From Octopus vulgaris (Eukaryota): 64,000 bases of DNA. Every line of letters starts with the position of its first letter. The first letter of the stretch is position 1. The notes beneath the pieces are model-generated. The model was not told the origin of the DNA, did no database searches, and worked only from the letters and a program-made list of their open reading frames with translations. The translations under genes and the position numbers were made by a program. This document shows, piece by piece, positions 31,603 through 47,575 of this stretch. The stretch is from the NCBI GenBank assembly GCA_951406725.2, contig OX597831.1:18600001-18664000 (forward strand), read 5' to 3'.

Positions 31603-33174
31603 TAAAACTTATTAATTTGACTATACTCGCACCTATCAACGCTACAGTGAGGACTGGATGTCTTTAAAGTGGCACCATTACTGGCCAAGTAACTCACAAG
31701 AGGATGGAATTGAGAATGTGACAAAGAGAGACAAACAGACAGAAGCAGGTGCTCAAACCTAAGAAAATGAGATGACAAAAGAACAATTGGTTAGCTTATC
31801 GAGTTCCTTCTCCTACAGCCGTTTCTGTTATAAAATGCTTTTGAGCTGAGTTTGTGAAGAATGCTATATCTTCATCAGAGCCTCGAATATGAAGTGAAAT
31901 TTATTTTTATTCCTTATCTTGTTTTCCGATTACTGCTCTGTACATGACTTACTCTACATTGTGAAGCATGTGTAAATCGAATTCTACACCAGGTTGTTAG
32001 TCTCACAGTAACTAAGCGAAATTATATAACGCAAAAACACCCATCAGTAAGACTTTTATCAGCTATTATACACTCCGGAACACAAACATACTCCCACACA
32101 TATGTTTGTGTGAATATATGTATGTGTGTGTGAATGTGTATGTGTGTGCTTGTGTGTGTGTGTATGTGTGTGTGTGTGAGTGTGTGTGTCTGTTTGTGCG
32201 TGTTTGTGTTTGTGTGTGTGTGTGTGTGTGTTTGTATGTGTGTGTTCATGGGATCTTCTGAATTAGTGCAGATACTAAATATTATTCACCAGAACATTGT
32301 CAGAAATACTTATTTGATAATACAGGAAGAGCTTCAAGAATCGAATTTATATTATTTCGGAACCTGATAGGAAAAAAAGAAAACACGAGTGAAACAAATG
32401 TAATAGGTTATATAGGCAAAAAGAAGTTTAACAACGGTGAATAAAAGTAGGTTTAATTTACGTGAGCTTTTGATTGGTCACCGAATAATTTCAGAAAAGT
32501 TATGACATCTCTGTTCATCTTTGTATTTGCAATACACAAATATTCCGGATGTGGCTGACAGCAGAATCTGTAGATATTTATTGATTATCATCAATGACCT
32601 ATCTATCTACATGAAATCTTTGATTTTTTGGCTCCAATTTGCCGTTTGTTCAGCACCTTAAGGCTAATGCTTTGAACCCATCAAGCCGAGATACATTGAT
32701 CCTTTGTCCTTGTAAGTTTCTCCGGTTCCCAATTGGCTGTTGTAATATTGATCCTTTTCTTTTCCTTTTTTTCTCTTCATAACAGAGCTAAGTTTTTAGA
32801 CCACAAAAAAATAAACTTTTTTCAACATATCTACAGAGGTAAGCCGGTGACATATAAATAAGTAGTTTACCATAACTATCACAAAGGTCATTTAATCACT
32901 GTCTTTAATATCATATATTGATCCAAGTAAAAACATCTGCTATTGCCCTCCACATCATTTCTACTGAATGGAATTGAACGTATATGGATGAAATATAATA
33001 TTTCCCAACATCTTTTCTTTTACTCTTGTGATAAACCTATCTGTTAGCATACATTCCATTATCAACCACCGCTGAATTCTTAATGTCCATCATCCGTTAT
33101 ACCCGTTACAATGAGAAACGACAGACGAATTCGATGACCTTTTTGTAATCAATGAATGCCCTGTATAGTGATGC

Positions 33175-33216
<42 letters not shown>

Positions 33217-33505
33217 TTAAAATATTCATTGACAGAAAAGTTTAATAATACAAGATTTACTAAACATAAGCTCACACGCACTTATATACACATACGTAAT
33301 CTATACGAAATGACAGGCTTCTCGAATTTCTTAAGCAGCTGATTTCTAAGCAGATAAACAATTAGATTTAGAAATAATTAAGTAGATAGAATGATAGATA
33401 TAGTGATACATATGCAGATGGGTTTATTCCTAGTTAAGTATTAGGATCACTGTCTAAATGATAAAAATGCAGTAAATATGGAGCAATGTTGCTATGGTTA
33501 CTTAC

Positions 33506-33542
33506 CAATAAATAAAAGAGGAATAACTATGAAAAGCAACAT
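33506..33542 (-). CDS. Gene A exon 1, signal peptide MLLFIVIPLLFI(G)
   Basis: ATG plus 12 hydrophobic codons and a GTAAGT donor in phase 1. The spliced CDS is 240 nt (79 aa). Confidence 0.8.
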
Positions 33543-33610
33543 AGTGGACGTCTCTGGTGCATTCAGCGGTCTTGGCAGAATGTTTCTTCAAACCTATCTA
33601 AGTTATATCA

Positions 33611-33616
33611 TTTATA
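33611..33616 (-). promoter_or_regulatory. Candidate TATA box of gene A
   Basis: TATAAA about 70 nt upstream of the ATG. Confidence 0.4.
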
Positions 33617-36571
33617 TCCCGCCACATCTAGTAACATTTTATCCCCCACCCCCCGTAAAGGAATATATAAATTCTATGTATGTAACTTAGACGAAATATT
33701 TCCACTATGTTTTTCAAACCATATAATAAAAAAATGACACGCGAAAGTTTTTTCATGTTATGCTGTCTTTTATGGCATCATTATAAATTCAAGACAATGT
33801 ACAACGCAGGTGGTTTGAATTGATATATACCTATATAACAATAAATAATATATGTACAACATATATATAACAATAAATAATATATGTACATGTACACATG
33901 TTTGTTTCTCTCTCTCTCTCTCTCTCTCTGCCTCATTTTCACTGTCTTTCTCTCTCTCTCTCTGTTTGCCTCATTCACACCCTCATTCTCCTCCCTCTCC
34001 GTCTTAATATATGTGTGGGCGTTTCTCTGTTTATGTACGACGTTCGTAAATATTTACCAAACATACACTTCGCTGCAAAATCCTATATACTGGTAGGGGC
34101 AAGGCACGATGGAATGGAGATTCTACTCAAAAGAGGAGGCGTTGCCGAGTTCTGGTCATTCAGGAAGTGAGCGAAGAAAATTATGCCAAAATATTCCAAC
34201 TGGCATTTCCGCAGTGACCAGCGTTTGGCAGTGAGCAACGTGGCAGAGTTTTCTCCAGAGATGCTTCAGGTGGATTGCAATATGGCGTATAGTTGCTCTT
34301 AGATCCACCTTCATCATCAGGTCCGTATGAGATCTCCTGCCTTCTAGTTCAAATCGACTAAAACAAGTAATCAAAAGGAATTACTGAAGGATGTCATGCG
34401 ACTAAAATTTATCAATCGACTAAAAAAGATTTTCCACCTCAATTAGAAATATATTGAAATAGTTCGTTTTTCATAAAAACCATGGCAGGCTGAAGTCTAA
34501 GGAACGTAGGAGAGTTTTAAAATACCAGGCCCAAAAACATCTATGGCCATTTCGGGAGTTCACTTCCGCAGTCCGATTGTGAGTTAAAGTGCATCTGGGC
34601 AATGACCCCCTCATCAGAATGAGCAGGAATTTCACAACCAAATAGTTCACAAGAGTTACAAAACGGGTGCAAAAGCTTAAACATAATAACCTATAGCAGG
34701 ACCAGTCCAAAATTTTCTAAAACAAAACAAAAAATAAATTATTTTATTTTATGCCAAAAATGTATGCGGTTGTTAATCACGTGAATTTTCTATTCGGCTT
34801 CAAAACCCACATATTTATATATGCATCTACATATTTGCTCGTCAGTGCATGTATTACTATATATGGGCGTGCGTATAACATCGTATGTATCTATGTATAG
34901 GGTACATTGTTCCACTGCAAATTTCTTTAGCTTCTTGATACGTAACTTATAAACACAAAGGAAACTTGCATTTGTCATATGTTTTTCCTGCTTATGTGCC
35001 GTAGAATATTAGAACGTAACTAGATCTTTCCTTTATATCCGCTAAGTACTCTCACGTTTTTGTAGTAAAGAATAGTGGTAAAACGCACAGCATTTGCTGA
35101 TAGTTTAATTATTCTTTTCCCAATACTTTCGACGTTCATAAACTAAACTATGTCCTAACTTCTACATTATAATGTATATTATCTCCTAATTTTCATATGG
35201 CTAATACGATAGGAGACTGAATTTTATATCTAAAGTTCTATATCTTCACATGGCAACCATTACTGACAATATAAAATCTCGTAATTAAATAACGCCCGGG
35301 TGTTGTAAGGGTATTGTCATCAAATACACATGTGGATCACACGTATTTAGTCTCTGAGATAAATTAATTTTTCCTATATATCTGGTATACAAGCCTATAG
35401 AAGCCTACAACATAGTCTGCACTATCGAATTCGCCAAGTCTTTTGAAGGACTGTCGAATAAAACCTTTGCACAATCACACTTAATTCCATGTCATTTTAT
35501 GACGGTTTTCTGACTTACAATATTCATCGCGTGAAATTGTTCGCTGAAACAGGTCCTTTGCTATTTTTGGCATTTTGCCAATAATAAGCTGATGCACAGT
35601 TTTTATTTCTCGACTTTTATTAATACTTAACTACTTAATGAGCAAGTGTTATCAAAGTCGATCCCTTTCTAATCCAGTTCTCATTTGGATCTCAGTTTGT
35701 TTGTTTCTTATTTATTATAAAGAGACCCACGAGATAAAACCGAATTTCATCATATTGTCTTCTATGCTTTCATCTGAAAAGCTCTTGGTCGTTGGTGATA
35801 ACAATTTCGAAATGCATTCATGAAACATGGCAATATCGAATTTAATGTAACCATGGCCAGTTCTCTTTTCCGAAAAATGATAGTGCAATGTATTCAAAGA
35901 CTGTGGTTAGTTGTATTTCACGTTCACCCGAAGTTATATGGGTTCAAATATGTTTCACACATATTTCATTTCCAAACATCCATTTCCAATGCAGTTTGCA
36001 ATGGAGAAGAATTGTGCAATAGCTGCCAAAATAACATCAGTTTTTTTTTTTCATAGTGCCCCCTTCTGCCAACGAAGGCTTTTCCAGCCGTCTGTTTGAT
36101 TTGCTGATCTTCTTTAGTCAACAAACTAATATATTATGATATGTTATGTTGTTTAAGTATCTGAATAGTAAATTTGTTTTGTTTTTAATATAAGTATACT
36201 GCTCGCCAATATTCCTCTATACTATTTCCATGTTGTTTCTAGTACATATGAGCTTATCATTTGAATCAAAGAAAATGAAGTTATTTTTCTTATCATTCAA
36301 TAGTCCTACTATATTATTTAACAGTGAAATATATTAGTATCAATAATTTTAATTTATTGGCCATAGTCTAGGTGTTCTAATTCAAACATTTCCATTTGTT
36401 TATTTTCTGTCAAACAGTTTCGTATTTTTCTTCTTGTTATATGAATCAATATCAAGCCATCACGTGCGTACATCAAATAACATTTCGAAATGGCGGGAAA
36501 AATTCCTTTTCTTATGTTTTATAATGATAGCAGGATCATATTGTTTTGTTGGCTAGCATATGATCTATAGT

Positions 36572-36953
36572 GGAGTCACAATAGCCCAGTGGTTAATGCA
36601 GCGAACTTGCGGTCGTAGGATCGTGGTTTCGATTCTCAGACCAGCGGCTGTGAGTCTTTATTAAGCAAAAACACTTAAAGCTCCACAAGGCTCCGGCAGG
36701 AGGTGTTGCCGAACCCTGCTGTACACTTTCACCATAAATTTCTCGCACTCATTCTTCCTGTTCCTGTTTTACCTGTATTGCAAAGGGCCAGTCTTGTCAC
36801 CCTCTGTGTTACGCTGAATCTTTTCGAAAACAAAATTAAGGGTAGATATGTATGTGGAGTGCTCAGCCGCTTGCACGTTAATTTGACGAGCAGACTGTTT
36901 CGTTGATCGGATCAACTGGAACCCTCGTCGTCGCAACCAGCGGAATGCCACCA
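36572..36953 (+). mobile_element. tRNA-derived SINE (family 3)
   Basis: A-box TAGCCCAGTGG and B-box GTTTCGATTC. A partial homolog lies at 48450-48720. Confidence 0.75.
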
Positions 36954-36992
36954 TTGGATCATTAAAAAATACGTCTTCCTAATGAAGGCTGA

Positions 36993-37996
36993 TAAGAGTT
37001 GGTAAGAAAGTAATTCCGTTTTACAGAAATATCTAGAGTTATCATTATTTTTTTAATGACTTTTGTCAATGTTGTAATAGTTTCCTTTTAACATTTGAAA
37101 GCTGTTACTTTTAGCGTATTTTAGAGCATATTGCGTGTAATTTGTTTGGAGCTGTTAGTTCAGTGACAATTAACATGGAGTGCGAGTGCAAAAAGGAATA
37201 TTTTCCCCATATTTTGCTGTTTCATTTCTGTAAAGGCAAGGAAGCTGCTGAGGCTCGCAAAGAGATATATGAAATTTATGGTGTTGCCTGCTTAAGAGAA
37301 CGCACACGTCAGAAATGGGTTTTTAAATTCCATTTTGGAGATTTTTTCACCCAAGCAAGATCAACAGAAGTTGATGATGACCGAATCAAAGCTATAACTG
37401 AATCTGATTGTCATATAACTGCGCGTGGGATTGCAAAGAGGGTAAATGTATCACACACAACAATTGAAAATCCGAATTGCATAAAAAAAGGACGTGTTGT
37501 AATTTTGTGGGATTACAAAGATGTTGTGTATTTTGAGTTGTTTCCAATAAACCAAACGATCAATTCAGGTCTTTTCTGTCAACAACGAATGAATCTAGAG
37601 AAAGCAATCAAAGACAAAACGGCCAGAATTAGCAAATCATAAAGAAATAATGTTTCACCATGAAAACGTAAGACGCACACGTTTTTGCTAAATCGTGAAA
37701 TGTTATCGGTGCTTCATTGGTAAGTAATGTCACATTCACCATAAAGCCCATTTATTTCTAAGTTTGCAAAATTCTTTGACTGGAAAATCTTCCAATAAGG
37801 ATGATGACCTGAAATCGCATTTGCCTCAGTATATGGTGGATAAGGACCAGACGTACTATGAGCACGGAATTGTGAAGTTGCCAGAAAGATGGCAAAATGG
37901 AAAATATACAATTGGTGAAAGTTCATCTTTTGTATGAAAAAATGCTAACTTTTATTTTACACTAAATCACGAAATTAATTTCTCCCCAACCAAATA
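36993..37996 (+). mobile_element. Degenerate mariner element
   Basis: Transposase remnant WDYKDVVYFELFPINQTINS..FHHEN. Imperfect TIRs TTGGTAAGAAAGTAATTCCGT and ACGAAATTAATTTCTCCCCAA. Confidence 0.85.
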
Positions 37997-38094
37997 GCTC
38001 GTCACAAAACATTGTGTATTTTATGAAAGAAAATGCCTGTAGCAGTATAATAATTGTATGAGACTATCAGTAACTCCTTGGTTGTGTATTTAAT

Positions 38095-38139
<45 letters not shown>

Positions 38140-38268
38140 TATATAAATATATATATATATATGTATACACAAATATATATATGGCCGCGGCCTTCGGGCT
38201 AAAACATTTTTAAGGATTTAAACGATTTATATGTACACACAAATATATATATATATACATAGATATAT

Positions 38269-38371
<103 letters not shown>

Positions 38372-38716
38372 CATAAGCGAACGCGTAATGCCACTTTATT
38401 AAAACTGGTACCGATACAAATATTGAGAATTACATTTAAAGAAATATACTTGAAGTGCTATACCTTGTGATATGCAGGAGTAATTCAGTTATGAAACGTC
38501 GGGTTTCAGTGTTTTCGTTTGTGCATGTGGCAGGTGGTTCGGTGTTCACTATGACATAGGTTAATGAAAACGAAGCAAACATTCAATTTTAACATCTTAC
38601 AGTTTATTCAAATATGAAGCAGGATATTAAGAATATTTGCGGAGAGGAACGCTGAGGAGAACGTCATCTGTAGAACAGAAAAAGAAATCTATGTCAACAC
38701 ACACTCAAATACATAA

Positions 38717-38808
<92 letters not shown>

Positions 38809-38920
38809 GGCGGTGCATCAGCATGGCCGCACCTCTGAGCTGAAACTAGAAAAAATATATATATATATGAAAAAATAAGTCAAAATAGAAAATGCTAAAA
38901 TAATTTTATAAAGAACATTT

Positions 38921-38958
38921 CAGTACCGGTTTCGGTCATTTTGAGACCTTTTCAACTG
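38921..38958 (-). ncRNA. Minimal hammerhead, U3-A8 variant, in a probable Penelope-like pLTR (from about 38868)
   Basis: CAG-TTGAAAA-GGTC TCAAAAT GACC-GAAA-CCGG-TA-CTG. Confidence 0.65.
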
Positions 38959-39289
38959 TAACGATTAAATAATTAAATTTAGAAAAATTTAAAGAAAAGA
39001 TTTTTTAAAGGAATATTTGTATAGTGTTCAAATATAAGTGGCATTTTCCTTGTTTCTGCCTTGCTCTGTCTCTCTTGTTCACACTTGTGGGTTCGAGGTC
39101 GTTGTGAATTCTAGGTAGGGAAGAAGAAGAAGGATGATGAGGAGAAGGCGGGAAAATTTTGTGAGTGCCTTGATTATTGTATTTTGAATGGTAGCAGTTC
39201 ATGACAGTATTTCTATTGAAAGGTTTGTCTATAGAATTTGCGTAGGTGTTATACTAAAAAGCATTAGTGATAAAGTTAGGAAGTAGAAG

Positions 39290-39375
39290 GGGGAGAAGAA
39301 GATGAGGAAGAAGAAGAGGAAGAAGAAGAAGAGGAAGCAGAAGAAGAAGAAGAAGAAGAAGAAGAAGAACAAGAA

Positions 39376-39425
<50 letters not shown>

Positions 39426-39546
39426 CGATGTTGATGATGCTGAAGAAGAAGAGGAGGAAGTAGAAGATGATGATGATGATGATAATGATGATGATGAGGA
39501 AGGGGAAGAAGAAGAAGAAGAAGAAGAAGAAGAAGAAGAAGAAGAA
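39290..39546. repeat. (GAA)n/(GAT)n compound microsatellite
   Basis: Direct inspection. Confidence 0.95.
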
Positions 39547-39772
39547 AGAGGAGGGAGAATATGAATGAGTGGAAGTAGTGAGGTGTTGTATGACTTAAAG
39601 TGGCACGTTATGGGTTATAGCTGTGATTGGGGCTGATTTGTATGTGTATGTGTATGTATATATATATATACATATATACATATACATATATATGTCCTTA
39701 TATATATATTTATGTACATATATATATATATATAGGCATACATGTATATATATAACATATATAACATGTATA

Positions 39773-39837
<65 letters not shown>

Positions 39838-40090
39838 CGATTTCGTATTTAGAGATATTGAAATATTGTCCTGTTAGATTAAAATTACCGCTGCACAGAG
39901 ATAGAATAGCACTGGTGTTACTCTTGTTACAGTACTGCAAGAAGCTGACGTGTTGACAAAATTCTGGTGCCATTTCTTCCGTTTTAACACTCTGAGTTCA
40001 AATTCGAATTTTCCTTTTATAGTTTCGTGATCGATGAAGCAAGTATTAGTTGAGCACACGTATAATCGACCAATCCCCTCCACTGAAATT

Positions 40091-40186
40091 TCAGACAGGA
40101 TAACGCAGTAACAAAATAGCACATATATGTTGTAGTGTTAAAATGGAATAACATACGTGATTTCTGTTACTACATCCTGCTTGCAT
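40091..40186 (-). CDS. Gene B exon 4 (putative): MQAGCSNRNH, either spliced at 40157 or read through to VCYSILTLQHICAILLLRYPV*
   Basis: Acceptor TTTGTTTCTTTTCAG, phase 0, with a Cys in similar register to gene A exon 4. Confidence 0.5.
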   Translation of the reverse strand: MQAGCSNRNHVCYSILTLQHICAILLLRYPV

Positions 40187-41049
40187 CTGAAAAGAAACAA
40201 ATTATATTTCGATAGTGAGGACACAAAAAATATTGATTTATTTAATCAGTGGAAATTTATAAATCTTCAAATAATAAATTGTAAATATTAAGTTAAAATC
40301 CGTTTAGGTAGAAAATGTCAAGGCTGTTCAAAACATTGTTATGTTATAAGAGCGGTATATCCCCATTGTTCTTACAGGAATTTAATACTATTAAATTAAG
40401 TTTGGAAACTACTATACAATACTATACTGTTTGGATAAGAACTAGTGAGAGGGGGAACTTTGTAATGCACGCCGCTGACTAGCTTTTTTCCGCTCTCTCT
40501 CTCTTTCTCCATCATGGTTGTATTGTGTTCTTTTTAATCTGTGTTGTAGAATTTATGGAAAGAAGCTATTACACACTTTTTGCTTACAATCCTTCCAAAG
40601 TTAAATGTAAAAATTAAAGCCGTTTGAAATTCTGGTAAAAGCTAAGGATATTTAGTAGAGGAGTAAAAGGCGATTTCATCGACCCCATTACTTGACTGAT
40701 ATGTTTTATTGAGCTCAAAGGTCTAAGACCATATGTGACCCCCACGCTAAGGATTTGACCAACTTGCCACAGGAGTAAATAATACTCCTTTCTAACTTCT
40801 GGCGTAAAGTTTGAGTGGATATTGAAGTCGATTACAGTTCTGAAGCGGTATTTGTTTGTCAGCCCCGAATGGATGAATGGCAACGCCGATCTCAGTAGGA
40901 TCTGAACTCACAGCGTAAATCAGGAGTAGTTCGATATACTAATGATTGAGCCAGGACATAGAAGTAATGTTTGAAAATTTGGGTACATGGGCAAAAATTA
41001 CGGGAGAGTGGGTAGGACATAGACATCAATCAAAATCCTCGAGTTGTAC

Positions 41050-41363
41050 TTATTTAATCGACCTCGAAATGGTGAACGAAAAAGTGGAATCGGCGGAATT
41101 TGAACTCAGAGCGTAACGGCAGACGAAATGCCTATTTATTTACTGTCCACAATGGGCTAAACACAGACGAGACAAACAAGGACAGACAAACGGATTCAGT
41201 CGATTATATCGACCGCAGTTCGTAACTAGTCCTTAATTTATGGACCCCGAAAGAATGAAAGGCAAAGTCGACCTCGGCGGGATTTGAACTCAGAACGTAA
41301 CTGTATAAGAAATGCCGCTAAGGATTTCGCTCGGCGTACTAACGTTTCTGCCAGCTCGCCGCC
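41050..41363 (-). mobile_element. Family 2 SINE, dimeric
   Basis: Same modules and linker as 10270-10622 and 21000-21553. Confidence 0.85.
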
Positions 41364-41572
41364 TTTAGGAATGTAGACGCATTAATTTTGTGTATATTGA
41401 ACAGACAAATTCCTTTTTGGCAAAAGTAGTTTCAATTCAGTGAAAATAAATACAATGGGGATAAGATCTTACAACATAGACATAAATTAAATATTGTTTA
41501 GTATTTATTTGATTAATATAAGTATTCTATCAATAAGGATTATGTCAATAAAAATATAAACACATAACATAC

Positions 41573-41660
41573 GTTGCATTTTTTCATAGAGAGGAATTTA
41601 AAATACGAGGAACAATAACGGTCGATGCCATCAAAACACTTATGAAATTTCTCGAAATTC
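41573..41660 (-). CDS. Gene B exon 3: (R)NFEKFHKCFDGIDRYCSSYFKFLSMKKCN
   Basis: TTTGCCTTCCAG acceptor, GTATGT donor, 88 nt, phase 2-0, the same structure as gene A exon 3. Confidence 0.85.
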
Positions 41661-41789
41661 CTGGAAGGCAAATTATTTTGAAATTTCATTAAAATGTAAA
41701 TAATGCAAACATTCGTACACTTTTTACACATTTCTCGGGGATCTGATTTTGAATGGATTGGGAATTGAGCTGGCTTTACGTGAAAAGTT

Positions 41790-42480
41790 CAAATGAGCAT
41801 AAAACATATATGAAATATAATTATTCATTCGAGATATGATCGCCTTCGTTGTCAATAGCATTTCCACACCTAAACACTTTTCCCCCGCAGACAAGAAACA
41901 GAAAATATCGTCTTTTAGAAGAGGTAAATATTAGGAGTGCCGCTTCGAATTCGTTCCTAGATCTGAATGTTTTTCCATTTATAGATTTCAGGTGAATTGA
42001 ATAACTGAAAATCTGATGGTGTATCCTAACCTAATAAAGTTATCTTTTATGATGCTACCTACGCTGAACACAGCCTTGCATTGGCATATTGCATGATCAT
42101 TCTGTTTCAGTTGCCTAGAGCAGATTGTTTCTTTCAATAAAACTTGGTGAACTCATTTAAACTGAGGACAATGAATTTCTGCGTTTAAATTTTGTTTTGT
42201 TCCAATAATTTGAAATGCTTGATACCGATTGTATCCCCCCAAAAAACGTTCAAGAAAATAGTTGCATTTGGATCTTGTTTGTGTATTAGAAATGGCATTA
42301 CAATTGGTGATAGCCATTGCTTCATACGTTTATTGTTGTCATAAAACATCCATTTAAAAAATACATCTCAATTAAATAATTTACCAATGAGAAAGAAGGA
42401 CAATGTCAGAATGGCAATCCAAACATTCTTCTGTACTACAGAACATGGTGTTTTGCCTGATGAATGAGAAAACTTGAGTG
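41790..42480 (-). mobile_element. Highly decayed mariner-like transposase remnant
   Basis: Minus-strand PSDFQLFNS (about 42020) and a decayed HDNAR-like ANAR (about 42080). Confidence 0.45.
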
Positions 42481-42544
42481 AAGGTTCGGAAATGTGAATG
42501 CTAACGTTGCATATACGTGTTATCTGTGTATATTGATAAATGTG

Positions 42545-42610
<66 letters not shown>

Positions 42611-42921
42611 TTCCCCCTATCTATCCTCTCACTAGGTCTATATATTCATTTTCACCTGTAGATACACTCAATTGTGTATGCTGCGTTTGCCGGAAGGTAT
42701 ATCAAAATATGTAAATGTAAATACTGTTCGGTAATATTAAATATTTAATTACAAATTCCACCAAGCTCCGTTTAGCTTTTCATCCTGTCGGAATAGGTAG
42801 AACAATCTAAGTACCTGTTGAGCACTGGGGTCAATATAATCGACTCCCGCCCCCACAAAACTCCTGATCACGTGACAAAATCTCAGACCAATATTAACAG
42901 TAATATCAAGTTCTTAAATAC

Positions 42922-43009
42922 CTGCAGCTTCTAGTCTTCACAAACATCCTAAAAGAGACAAGACAATTATTTCTGGCCAGCCCATTGCAATCTACTGGAG
43001 CGGTGACAA
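42922..43009 (-). CDS. Gene B exon 2: VTAPVDCNGLARNNCLVSFRMFVKTRSC
   Basis: CTTTCACTTTTGTAG acceptor, CAG|GTATT donor, 88 nt, phase 1-2. VDC-x2-LA-x3-C is shared with gene A. Confidence 0.8.
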
Positions 43010-43199
43010 CTACAAAAGTGAAAGTTTCTTCTACATTCTTAAATAAATACACCATAAACAACAACATTTAAATCTTATCAGGAAAACATTAAGATGAAAT
43101 AATGTGACGTAATGACGACGATATGAAAAATATGTAATTAAGCAGGATTAACCATGGAAGAGAGATTTGAATATATAGTTCACAAAATGAGAAGTAGTG

Positions 43200-43265
43200 A
43201 TAGACAGTAGACAAACACATTATCAAATACCTACTCACCATCAAAGAGAAGATATATAAATATAT
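43200..43265 (-). pseudogene. Defective duplicate of the gene B exon 1 3' half and donor
   Basis: Near-identical to 51301-51366 (..CTTCTCTTTGATG|GTGAGT), but with an in-frame TGA and no ATG. Confidence 0.6.
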
Positions 43266-43855
43266 TGGTTCAGTAGATTTTAGACGTGTGTTTAGCACTT
43301 TCACATTTTGACAAGAAGATGAGTGTTAAATGTCTGTTAGGTTCGTGAGAATTTAGTTGCGGCGAGTGCTGCATGATTATGTGCGCAACTTTATTGTCTA
43401 CATTCGATATATTTTATTTTTGCATCAAGCGGATGATGTTAATTCTGAAATTGCGTAGACTTGCTATTACTTTGGGAAATACCACCAGGACATGGAATAC
43501 ACGTCAATATTTATAATAAATAAAATATGTAGCCAGTTACTAAATATATATAAGCATTCATACTCCGCCATATATGCTGGCGTGTGTATGTGCTTATGTG
43601 TCTATGTGTGTGAGTGATTGTGTGAGTTTGTGTGTGTGTGTGTGTTTATTTTCAACAAGGGGTGGGGTTTCAGAGTATGAGTACACCTCTGTGCTGTTCG
43701 TACAAAAGTATGAGAATTTTACATTTTTACACGACTGAATTTACACACATATATATATATATATTACTCTACCACTGGTATTTGAGTACTCTTTTTTCCA
43801 CCTTGTTTCACATTTATGTGTTTACTCCGGTACATATATATATAGATAGATAGAT

Positions 43856-46165
<2,310 letters not shown>

Positions 46166-46170
46166 GATAG

Positions 46171-46218
<48 letters not shown>

Positions 46219-46229
46219 ATAGATATATA

Positions 46230-46292
<63 letters not shown>

Positions 46293-46570
46293 CAATTGAG
46301 GGTAAATTTAATTAATTATTAATCAATTTCACCAAGTATTCAGTATGTAAAGGGACCATTTAAGGCGAATTCAAAATATTACATTATATATAAGGGCTTA
46401 GTAAAATAAATTACTTTGCCACATACTGAACTCATTAGAAATAGCAGCTAAAGAAATTTCTTTAGCTATTTCTAATACTTAAAGAAGATTTCTCTCAGAT
46501 AGTGTTTGCTCAAACCAACTCACGAAGGTATGGGGGTAAAAACATTAAAAAATCAAGTGCAAAGGTTATT

Positions 46571-46622
46571 TGAGAACGTACGTTTCTAGATTAGTCAAAT
46601 CGACATTTCCTTCGTCAGCTCA
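46571..46622 (-). ncRNA. Minimal type I hammerhead motif
   Basis: TGAG-CTGACGA-(weak helix II with GTC/GAC)-GAAA-CGTACG-TT-CTCA, containing the palindrome AACGTACGTT. Confidence 0.7.
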
Positions 46623-47523
46623 GAACTCCTTGATTCGGATTTGGGAACACTGAAAGTGGGAGCATACCCTTTTGGCTTCTTATCACCTCTGGAATTCCGC
46701 TCGAACTAAAAGTGCTAACAAATTCAAAATATGCAAGCGAAGAATTTCTGCTCTCCCCTTTCCACCAGCGTGGGTTAAAATTGACAAACACTATGTTTTA
46801 TCGGTGAAAACCGAAGCATTAAACAGAGAGAAATGAATTATAATTTCAACAATTGAGGGTAAAATTAATTAATTATTAATCAATTTCACCAAGTATTCAG
46901 TATGTAAAGGGACCATTTAAGGCGAATTCAAAATATTACATTATATATAAGGGCTTAGTAAAATAAATTACTTTGCCACATACTGAACTCATTAGAAATA
47001 GCAGCTAAAGAAATTTCTTTAGCTATTTCTAATACTTAAAGAAGATTTCTCTCAGATAGTGTTTGCTCAAACCAACTCACGAAGGTATGGGGGTAAAAAC
47101 ATTAAAAAATCAAGTGCAAAGGTTATTTGAGATTTCTTTAGCTGCTATTTCTAATGAGTTCAGTATGTGGCAAAGTAATTTATTTTACTAAGCCCTTATA
47201 TATAATGTAATATTTTGAATTCGCCTTAAATGGTCCCTTTACATACTGAATACTTGGTGAAATTGATTAATAATTAATTAATTTTACCCTCAATTGTTGA
47301 AATTATAATTCATTTCTCTCTGTTTAATGCTTCGGTTTTCACCGATAAAACATAGTGTTTGTCAATTTTAACCCACGCTGGTGGAAAGGGAAGAGCAGAA
47401 ATTCTTCGCTTGCATATTTTGAATTTGTTAGCACTTTTAGTTCGAGCGGAATTCCAGAGGTGATAAGAAGCCAAAAGGGTATGCTCCCACTTTCAGTGTT
47501 CCCAAATCCGAATCAAGGAGTTC

Positions 47524-47575
47524 TGAGCTGACGAAGGAAATGTCGATTTGACTAATCTAGAAACGTACGTTCTCA
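47524..47575 (+). ncRNA. Minimal type I hammerhead motif (inverted copy)
   Basis: Identical to the minus-strand motif at 46571-46622. Confidence 0.7.
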
